The position numbers were made by a program, and so were the translations under genes. Shown in pieces: positions 54,721 to 64,000 of a DNA stretch of 64,000 bases. Position 1 is the first letter of the stretch, and each line of letters begins with the position of its first letter. Source of the DNA: Octopus sinensis (taxonomy: Eukaryota); the NCBI RefSeq assembly GCF_006345805.1, contig NC_043008.1, positions 63,116,001 through 63,180,000 on the forward strand, read 5' to 3'. The notes under the pieces were generated by a model. The model was not told where the DNA came from and made no database searches. It saw only the letters and a list, made by a program, of their open reading frames with translations.

Positions 54721-56219
54721 ATTGTTATTGTTGTTATTATTATTATTATTATTATTATCGTTATTATTATTATTATTATTATTAAGATGGCAAACTAGTT
54801 GAATCATGAGCATGCTGGGCCAAATGCTTAGTGGCATTTCAACTGTCTTTTTGATCTGAGCTCAAATTCTGCCAAATTTGACTTTAGCTTACATCTATTT
54901 GAGGTCAATGAAATAAGTACCAGTTGAGCACTTTGGTCGATATGATTCACAAGCACACACCTCCAAAATTCCTGGCCTATAGTAGAAAGGGTCATCATCC
55001 TCATCGTCCTTCATCATCATCACTGCCACCACAGTCGCTGCCTCTAAGGTCATCATCATCATTATCAACATAATCTGATAAACAAAATTTATAAACTTAC
55101 TATAAATGTAATATTGTTTTGGTTTAACTAGGATCATCAGTTTAGTATATCGCTGGCACAAATATCATAGAATCATAGAATCCAGAGTAATTTCAATACA
55201 GATTATAGAGGAATAAGGAGCTATCATTTATGCCAATATTCCAACACCAGAATTGGTAATACATGAATTTGAAGGAGAAAAGAGTAATTTAAATAACACA
55301 TAGATTTATTGATTACACTTGTTAGGAAAACAATACATACGGCCTCATGTAGATTTGTAATTTGAAAATCTTTCTTTGTTCAAATAGATAATTTAATATG
55401 TTTTTGTTGTTTTTAGTTGGGGTTACTATAGCAACGAAGACGTCAAGGATGAAATTGCTAAATGCTTTGTCTGTTAGTTAGATTTTTTTTTTATAATACA
55501 TTTTGTATTTCATTTCTCTGTACATAACTGTTTGATTTCTTGTTTTTATCGTTATGCAGTAAATGTGCTGAATTATTTCAAGAACAGCATTTAATTCTTC
55601 ATTATATTTTAAACAAATTTCCAGTTTATTGCATAACATTTCGTGTCTATTGGATTTTGGGGAGGTAGAGAGTAGGTGAAGTGGGGGGAGGAAGAGAGTG
55701 AAATCTTAATGCATATGTGAATATATATATATATGGATAGCTGACTACTAGAGCATTTTAAGAGACTTCAACTTTCAAATCTAGTTCACATTGTTATTGT
55801 GTTCTAACTTGCACATGGGGACATGTACTCTTTCCAATAAAATTTATGTTAATTTTCTATAACCCAAGGATTTATACAGACAAAAATGAAAAATTTTTCG
55901 AGGCAAATTCAGATCCCTAATATTTTTTGCAATTTTAGCTGATTATAAGGATAGAGAATCATTTGGGATTTGAATTCTTATTGGAAACTTTGAGGATTTT
56001 TATCTGCAAGAAACCATTGGTTCCAGAAAGTCAACAATTTTGCTGTTAAAGGAAATTTTTATTCACCTCTCCATTGTTGAGTACTCATTATCATCATCGT
56101 TATCGTCATCCTCACCACCACCACCACCATCACCATCATCATCATTTAACGTCCATTTTCCATTCTGGCATACTTTCATTAATAATCTGCACACACACAT
56201 GCATGCATGCACACACATA

Positions 56220-56408
56220 TATGGTTTCTATGGCATATGTGTTCCCCAGCTGGACGGGACGCCAGTCCATCGCAGTGTAATTCAAGAAACAGGAAGAAAG
56301 AGTGAGAGAAAGTTGGGGTGAAACACACACAATGCCCAGTCTGGGAATTGAAACTGTGATCCTCCAACCATGAGTCTGCTTCCCTAACTACTAGGCCATT
56401 GCGCCTCC
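56220..56408 (-). mobile_element. SINE family C, internally deleted
   Basis: GGAGGCGCAATGGCCTAGTAG head on the minus strand. Confidence 0.8.
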
Positions 56409-56440
56409 ATATATATAAATATATATATATATACATACAT

Positions 56441-56477
<37 letters not shown>

Positions 56478-56504
56478 CATATTTATATATATATGTGTGT
56501 GTGT

Positions 56505-56904
56505 TAAAATCTATAATACAAGATGAACACACGTGAAGAAATGTGCTGAATTAAAGATGTAGCCCGCACCTAAATAATACTCACCCTGCCCTAATTACTC
56601 AACGAAACTAGCCAATCTACCACAAGCAAACCTCTACCCAACGAATTTACCAGTGCAAGAACAAAATTTCAATGTAAGAATTACCAATTTGTTTACATTA
56701 CCATCACATATGTATCAATCATTCTCGCATCCTAATCGATGCATCTATCTATACTCGCATTCTGAAGAGATTTACTTACTCCAGTAAATCAAAACAATCG
56801 TAAATGCCACCCTCATCTCTGCTTCTTACTTCTTTGTTACTTATTTAATTAAAGACATGCCAGCGTAAACCATGAGTTTCTCATTGTTATTATATCCATT
56901 TTCT

Positions 56905-56910
<6 letters not shown>
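56505..56910 (+). mobile_element. Probable Penelope 3'-end/pLTR fragment between (TA)n tracts
   Basis: Frameshifted 'REEM..IK' and 'SPHLN' resemble a GIY-YIG C-terminus, followed by a hammerhead. Confidence 0.6.
56757..56807 (+). ncRNA. Type-I hammerhead with two CpG-type mutations
   Basis: GCATT-CTGAAGA-GATTTACT(TACTCC)AGTAAATC-AAA-ACAATCGT-A-AATGC. G12 reads A, and stem III is one change from the palindrome ACGATCGT. Confidence 0.75.
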
Positions 56911-56997
<87 letters not shown>

Positions 56998-57281
56998 TAT
57001 ATATAATTAAAATTGAGGGAGATAAATTAATATTAATTTTAATATCAATTTAAAACCAGTAGTCCAGCATTCAAAAAATCTGAGGATCAGAGAAAATTCA
57101 AATATATGTGTATATTGGCAGGGCTGGCCTGCTAGGTAGCCGGCCAGAATGCTAGAAGAAGATCTCAACGATCAAACAACAACGATCAAACTACAAGGGA
57201 ATTCTCTAGAGGAAGAATTCAGCGAACACCAGAACCAACTTTGGCGGCAGGACATATGAGAAATTAATAAATAACAGACTA

Positions 57282-57356
57282 AATGCATACCTCGGTTTCG
57301 GTCTTAACAAAAGAATTACTTGCATAATTCAGTGTCCGTGACTTCTTCAGTACATT
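57282..57356 (-). ncRNA. Hammerhead with extended stem II (copy 1)
   Basis: Reverse complement of the 58752-58827 motif with a 1-nt indel. Confidence 0.7.
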
Positions 57357-57824
57357 CGGTCCTCGAGATGCAAACTGCAAGACTAACCCCAGCCTCTGTG
57401 TCAAGACAGACACGTCTTTAGTCTTACTGATTACATCGGAATAAAATTTCAAATGTCTTGGTTCTGCGCGCTGAGAGACTCCTGAAGCGAAGGGCTGCAG
57501 TGAATAATTCACTGCAGATAGTGCTTACAACTATGGAACGTATTTATATTTAAATATTTAAAAATTGAGGGAGATAAATTAATATTAATTTTAATATCAA
57601 TTTAAAACCAGTAGTCCAGCATTCAAAAAATCTGAGGAGTCAGAGAAAATTCAAATATATGTGTATATTGGCAGGGCTGGCCTGCTAGGTAGCCGGCCAG
57701 AATGCTAGAAGAAGATCATCAACGATCAACTACAAGGGAAATTCTCTAGAGGAAGAAATCAGCGAACACCAGAACCAACTTTGGCGGGCAGGACATATGA
57801 GAAATTAAATAAATAACAGACTTA

Positions 57825-57902
57825 AATGCATACCTCGGTTTCGGTCTTAACAAAAGAATTACTTGCATAATTCAAGTGTGTCCGTGACTTCTTCAGTACA
57901 TT
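57825..57902 (-). ncRNA. Hammerhead with extended stem II (copy 2)
   Basis: Reverse complement of the 58752-58827 motif with a 2-nt insertion. Confidence 0.7.
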
Positions 57903-58210
57903 CGGTCCTCGAGATGCAAACTGAAAGACTAACCCCAGCTCTCTGTGTCCAGACAGACACGTGCTTAGTCTTACTGATTACATCGGGAATAAAATTTCAA
58001 ATGTCTTGGTTCTGGCGCGCTGAGAGACTCCTGAAGCGAAGGGCTGCAGTGAATAATTCACTGCGGATAGTGCTTACAACTAGGGAACGTATTTATTTAA
58101 ATATTTAAAGATTTGAAATTTTATTCCCGATGTAATCAGTAAGACTAAGCACGTGTCTGTCTTGACACAGAGAGCTGGGGTTAGTCTTGCGGTTTGCATC
58201 TCGAGGACCG

Positions 58211-58285
58211 AATGTACTGAAAAGTCACGGACACTTGAATTATGCAAGTAATTCTTTTGTTAAGACTGAAACCGAGGTATGCATT
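58211..58285 (+). ncRNA. Hammerhead with extended stem II (copy 3, core G missing)
   Basis: AATGTA-CTGAAAAGTC...GACT-GAA-ACCGAGGT-A-TGCATT. Confidence 0.55.
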
Positions 58286-58751
58286 TAAGTCTGTTATTTA
58301 TTTAATTTCTCATATGTCCTGCCCGCCAAAGTTGGTTCTGGTGTTCGCTGAATTCTTCCTCTAGAGAATTTCCTTGTATTTGATCGTTGATGATCTTCTT
58401 CTAGCATTCTGGCCGGCTACCTAGCAGGCCAGCCCTGCCAATATACACATATATTTGAATTTACTCTGACTCCTCAGATTTTTTGAATGCTGGACTACTG
58501 GTTAAATTGATATTAAAATTAATATTAATTTATCTCCCTCAATTTTTAAATATTTAAATAAATACGTTCCCTAGTTGTAAGCACTATCCGCAGTGAATTA
58601 TTCACTGCAGCCCTTCGCTTCAGGAGTCTCTCAGCGCGCCAGAACCAAGACATTTGAAATTTTATTCCCGATGTAATCAGTAAGACTAAGCACGTGTCTG
58701 TCTTGACACAGAGAGCTGGGGTTAGTCTTTCAGTTTGCATCTCGAGGACCG

Positions 58752-58827
58752 AATGTACTGAAGAAGTCACGGACACTTGAATTATGCAAGTAATTCTTTT
58801 GTTAAGACCGAAACCGAGGTATGCATT
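58752..58827 (+). ncRNA. Hammerhead with extended stem II (copy 4)
   Basis: AATGTA-CTGAAGA-AGTC[37 nt including an ACTTG/CAAGT hairpin]GACC-GAA-ACC(GA)GGT-A-TGCATT. Confidence 0.75.
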
Positions 58828-58981
58828 TAAGTCTGTTATTTATTTAATTTCTCATATGTCCTGCCCGCCAAAGTTGGTTCTGGTGTTCGCTGAATTCTTC
58901 CTCTAGAGAATTCCCTTGTAGTTTGATCGTTTTATCTTCTTCTAGCATTCTGGCCGGCTACCTAGCAGGCCAGCCCTGCCA

Positions 58982-59043
<62 letters not shown>

Positions 59044-59115
59044 CATTTATATTTAATATGGGATAAATTTTTTGTTTTTCGAAAAAATTTTATCAAATCT
59101 TTTAAAGGTTAAATT

Positions 59116-59290
59116 TATAAACAACTTATAAATAAGGGCAAAACAAAAAAATTTCTAATGCCAAATATGCTGAAATTAGACACCCTGTCCATAACCTATA
59201 ACCATATACCGTATGGTTATGGACAGTGTGTCTAATTTTGGCATATTTGGCATTAGAAATTTTTTCGTTTCCCTTATTTATAAGTTGTTT

Positions 59291-59293
<3 letters not shown>
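59116..59293. repeat. Foldback (~80-bp arms) between (TA)n tracts
   Basis: 59116-59196 pairs with 59215-59293. Confidence 0.9.
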
Positions 59294-59357
<64 letters not shown>

Positions 59358-60015
59358 TGTAACAAACAATGAAAGAAAATGTATTCGCTGCATATCTTAA
59401 AGCATAATTACTTTAACCAATTATGCTAAATACAAGCCTTGAAATCCCTAGAAACATTCCTTGTAAGGCAGCCGATATGAAACATTGAGATACAATCAAT
59501 AAAATGCTAAATCCTAGAAAATATGACAGAATTCAATAAAACAAATGAAAGATTTATTTCAGTGACAATAACAGCTATAAAAGTGCATTTTTTTCTCGTT
59601 CTTTCTTTCTCATCATTTTCATAAAGACCAAGAATTAAATGCTGTCTTTAGAATATCAGAGTAATTTTCTTGAAAGAACTAATAGGGATAAAATGACAAG
59701 TGACATTATCTACAAAATATAGATATTTACTCAAATAAATTTCTGTTTTATGTTGCAGCTACATTTCTCTGTGCTCTTCTGCTGTGCTCCTCTGTCTAGT
59801 AGGTCTCTCTATTAGAATTGACAGTGAATTCCCACTGAAATGACATTCTGAGGTCAGAGTATATTAATATGGTACGTAATATCGTGGATGATATTAAAAA
59901 TAAATCCTGAAAAATTATAGCTTATTATGGCTGGGCTTTATTTGATCAGGGGTCAGATTGAGAAGATTATTAAGGTTAAACAACAACAGCAATAAATATT
60001 CCCTGTACGTAAGTG

Positions 60016-60088
<73 letters not shown>

Positions 60089-60289
60089 CTCTATCTCTCT
60101 CTCTATCTATCTATCTATCTATACATACATATCTATATCTACATATATATATGCACACACACACACACACATATATAAATCAAAGGAATTCCACTTTGAC
60201 TTTCATATTTTATTTTCAATTTTATAATAATATGATATAAGATAATATAATATAATTAAATGATAGGAAATTAAATGTTCATTCTGATT

Positions 60290-60332
60290 GAACTAGTACA
60301 TTCATGTTTTAAACTATGCAATCTTCAGTTTC
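60290..60332 (-). ncRNA. Degenerate hammerhead (inverted copy of 61386-61423)
   Basis: GAAA-CTGAAGA-TTGCATAG...CAT-GAA-TGTACT-A-GTTC. Confidence 0.5.
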
Positions 60333-60599
60333 ATATAGTAGTAGTGATAGTTATCTTTTATAATCTACCCCTGTAGTGAGATGACTAAAATGTGTACCTT
60401 AAATATATTTGTACAGGCTCCAGAATGTTAACTTTTGCAAACTATATTCTGACCAATCAGTGTGTGGTTTCGACTTAAATTACCTAAGTTGATAGGTGTT
60501 TGGTTTCGGCATCATGTTTTGTTGAATATGTCAAGAGACCTGTATTTTGACCTGGCCAAAGCAAAAAAAAAAAAAAGTGCTGGGGTTGATTCCTTTGAG

Positions 60600-61225
60600 G
60601 AAAACAAGAACATACCATTTATAGTCACACCATTTATAGTGACATACAAGCCATGTCCCCAGAATATCTTTAACATTGCCAAAGCAAACCTACCAATTAT
60701 TGCTCAAATGGATGAATTAAAAGATATAATCACGGCTCAAGCTATGGCTCTTAGTAAAAGACAGTCCAAAAACTTGAAAAAATTATCAACAAAGACAAAG
60801 TTTGGCCTTAGTCCCAAAGATCAATCATTCACTGTATCCTATATACAATGTTAGCGATGTGGCATGCGCTAGTACATACATATCGACCAATATATGAACA
60901 CAAAATCTGGAAATATATTTACAAATGCAAAAATGGACTGCAAAAATCAGTAATTAAATTTACTCCATCAAATGCCTGAATTGTGAAGAACTATGTGTGG
61001 GTCAGACTGGAAAGCACTATCAAAACGTTCACGTGTGCACCAACAGCAAATTAGTGAACCAAATGTCTGTCAGATACCTTTGAGTAACCATCTAGCAACA
61101 TGTGGTTGGAAAATGTTTATAATATTTCCATTCCACAAACTACACAGTCCAAATGAAATTAAGAGAAAAATCTGAGAAAAGAACTTTATTAATATATCCC
61201 AATCCAAGCTAAATAAACAATAATA
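60600..61225 (+). pseudogene. Penelope-like element linker plus GIY-YIG endonuclease, degraded
   Basis: 'IPFIVTY.P', 'SKRQSKNLKKL', 'CLNCEEL..GSDWKALSKRSRVHQQQI', 'PLSNHLATC', 'EKNFINISQSKLN'. Confidence 0.85.
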
Positions 61226-61303
61226 ATGATACTTAGAGCTGCCATGCTTGATTACTAAATCCACAAGTTTTTTTTTATTTTCCCTCTGTTTACTTTCTCT
61301 TAT

Positions 61304-61342
61304 TCTTTTCTGCTGAAGAGGATAGGCTCGAAACATAAAAGA
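61304..61342 (+). ncRNA. Minimal hammerhead (CUGCUGA core) downstream of the GIY-YIG ORF
   Basis: TCTTTT-CTGCTGA-A-GAGG(ATAG)GCTC-GAA-ACAT-A-AAAGA; same family as 12218. Confidence 0.6.
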
Positions 61343-61385
61343 TTTTCTTACTTTCCTGAGCATCAAACTAATACACTTACTATAC

Positions 61386-61423
61386 GAACCTGAAGATTGC
61401 ATAATGTGTGAAAGTACTAGTTC
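61386..61423 (+). ncRNA. Minimal type-I hammerhead
   Basis: GAAC-CTGAAGA-T-TGCA(TAA)TGTG-T-GAA-AGTACT-A-GTTC; palindromic stem III. Confidence 0.8.
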
Positions 61424-61577
61424 AATCAGAATGAACATTTGATATTTTATCATTTCGTTATATTATACTATCTTATATTATATTGTTATAAGATTGTAAA
61501 GAAAATGTGAAAATAAGACAAAGTTGGAATTCCTTTGGTTAATATAATCTTCCATTCACAATCACACACACCTATAT

Positions 61578-61639
<62 letters not shown>

Positions 61640-61644
61640 CAAGA

Positions 61645-62010
61645 TTCTTTCATAACCACATGGTTCTAGGTTCAGTCTCACTGTGAAGCACTATGGGCAA
61701 ATATCTCTTACTATAGCTTCAGGCCAACCAAGGCCTTGTGAGGGGATTTGGTTGACAAAGACTGTAAAGCGTCTATTGTATGTATGTGTGTGTGTGTTTG
61801 TGTTTCTCCACCACTACAGCTTGGCAGCCAGTGTTGGTTTGTTTATATCTGCCATAACATTAGCAGTTTGGCAAAAAGAGACTGATAGAACAAGTACAAG
61901 GCTTAAAAACATAAGTGCTGGTGTTGATTCCTTCAACTAAAAGTTTTTCAAGGTGATGCTCCAGTATTGCCACAATCAAATGACTAAAACATATGAAAAA
62001 TAAAAGATAC
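61645..62010 (+). mobile_element. SINE family A, diverged
   Basis: GGTTCAGTCTC B box and body homology to the other family A copies. Confidence 0.75.
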
Positions 62011-62649
62011 ACAAAATATCAAGAACTTAATATGGCGCATCTGTTTGCTCCTTTAATTCTGTACTTGACTGAGCCCTAAACCATGACAAAATTCCTGTAT
62101 CAAACTAAAATAAATCTCTTTACCATACTTTTCTATTAAACCACACCTTACAAGTACATACTTTATTCCAGTACTTTTTAACTTTCTCACTTCCCACACA
62201 ATTGCTTTCCTTGTCTTCTTACACTACAACTAATTATTTATCACATTGCTCCACATGTAAAATCACAGCATGCAAAAACTATATAAAACCAGAAAGAACC
62301 AAAGTCAATCAAAGCTTGTGAAAGTGAGCAAGCCAACATATTTTAGCTACTGTCAGTTCCTTCAAAAATTTTAATAAGAACTCTACTAATACATATTGAG
62401 TCATCCTTCAGTTTAATATAAGATAGTTTTATATATAACTTGACATAAAAAGAAAACTTAAATAGATATTAATATATATATGTGTGTGTGCACGTGTTTC
62501 TATATGTACACACACACATTCCAATTCTTTCTGCCCTATGCAAGTATAGAAAAATGGATGTTAAAATGAAGATGATGATGATGATGATGATATTGGTGGT
62601 GGTGGTACATACATATATGAGTGTGTGTATGTGTATTTATTCACACACC

Positions 62650-62710
62650 GACACACACATATATCCCAATCTATCTTTCTATTTATCCATCCATCCATCC
62701 ATCTATCCAT

Positions 62711-62805
<95 letters not shown>

Positions 62806-62878
62806 TTATCTATCTATCTATCTGTCTGTCTATCTATCTATGTGTATGTATACCTATATACATGAATATGTGTAAGTG

Positions 62879-62927
<49 letters not shown>

Positions 62928-63120
62928 ATGTATACCTATATACATGAATATGTGTATGTGTATATATATATATGTGTATATATATATATATATATATTAT
63001 ATATACAATATATGTAAGTATGTTATACATATATGTTATACACATATAATGTATGTTTATACATATACATACATACATACATACATACATACATACATAC
63101 GCACATGCATACGTATGCAC
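62650..63120. repeat. Compound (TATC)n/(TA)n/(TACA)n microsatellite
   Basis: Seen directly. Confidence 0.95.
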
Positions 63121-63755
63121 TTAAGTTATCACATGTCTTTACACAAACATCCATCAAACTGCTTGAATATTACACAGCAGAATATTACACATTAACACAT
63201 CTAAACATCAGATGGACACACTGATATCTGTACATTTCCATTGATGCTTTTGTAGAATTAGAATAGATTTCTCCGTATTAATACTATAAGAAATATCTAC
63301 ATCAAAGGAAACCAATAGCTCAACCTGCTCTAATCTTTTGCATGCCTTACTGAACACTCTTCACACTATATCTGGTTTCTTTCTGGAATATTCCATCTCT
63401 GCTGTAAAGATTCTCATCTTCTTTATGGTAGTTGATAAAAATAATCTCGCTAGTATCTCTTTCTGAATCCTGTCTGTCACATTGTATTTACACTGTTATT
63501 CTTTGTCTACTAAGCTCTATCAATAGAAAACCATTTATCATTATTCCTGGATGCATTAGAAAGCTGACGAGTCTCTTCAGTTTTCAAAAGCTAAGGCATT
63601 GCTCAAATGACTCTGTTATCATAGATAGTCTCTCTTTTCAACTAAAGATCTGTCAGTTTGCTATTTAAAGAAGTAAAAAAAAATTATGGCAGAAAAATAT
63701 GTATTATAAGAAAAATATAATGTGTGAGGAAGTAAGTTTCCTATGCTTCAGTATA

Positions 63756-63786
<31 letters not shown>

Positions 63787-64000
63787 TGTGTATGTTATAA
63801 ATTTAGAGAAATGTAAGTGTTTATTGAAATAAGTAATGATATACCCTTATGTCTATCATTGAAAATGTGTCAGTGTTTATGGAAATATATTGTTATATGA
63901 GCGTGTACATGTGTGTGCAATTGTGTGTATGTGTGTGTGTGAGAGATTGAGAGAGAGAGAGAGAGAGAAGATAAGGGCAAGTGAAAGGAAAATAGAAAAC

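Larger units (their letters stand above)
57005..58988. repeat. ~550-bp unit: two direct copies followed by two partial inverted copies, between (TA)n tracts
   Basis: Unit starts AAATTGAGGGAGATAAATT at 57010 and 57562; 58111-58545 and 58545-58988 are reverse complements of these units. Confidence 0.95.
60175..61545. mobile_element. Inverted pLTR-like pair (60175-60335 and 61380-61545) enclosing a Penelope GIY-YIG fragment
   Basis: The arms share GGAATTCC, AATGTTCATTCTGATTGAACTAGTAC and TGCAATCTTCAG in inverted orientation. Confidence 0.75.

Noticed and set aside
57863-58776. Duplicated 76-81-aa ORFs in the foldback array
   Set aside because: Non-ATG starts, frameshifted in another unit, and no recognisable domain.
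63200-63670. Possible degraded RTE-like fragment ('IFTAEMEYSRK' on the minus strand)
   Set aside because: A single weak motif is insufficient.

Overview
AT-rich, microsatellite-dense animal genomic DNA. The SINE and RTE repeat families are ones I recognise from octopus genomes (inferred, not database-checked). No intact host protein-coding gene is supported, so this is probably intronic or intergenic. Almost all listed ORFs are microsatellite or repeat artefacts. The window holds decayed mobile elements: a 5'-truncated RTE LINE with a ~11-copy tandem expansion of its 3' end, RepHel and non-autonomous Helitrons, tiny LTR relics with 5-bp TSDs, Tx1-like and R4/Dong-like non-LTR fragments, Penelope-like RT and GIY-YIG fragments, tRNA-derived SINEs and MITEs. 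The main hidden signal is a set of ~14 type-I hammerhead ribozyme motifs from about seven sequence families, read by eye. Most sit in (TA)n-embedded inserts. They include a ~478-bp tandem repeat with one ribozyme per unit, a ~2-kb tandem-plus-foldback array of ~550-bp units whose ribozyme has a long stem-II insertion, and U3-A8 and A6U/A6C core variants. This points to a Penelope pLTR or retrozyme-like self-cleaving RNA system. A second recurring pattern is short, locally templated inverted insertions flanked by 12-13-bp direct repeats.
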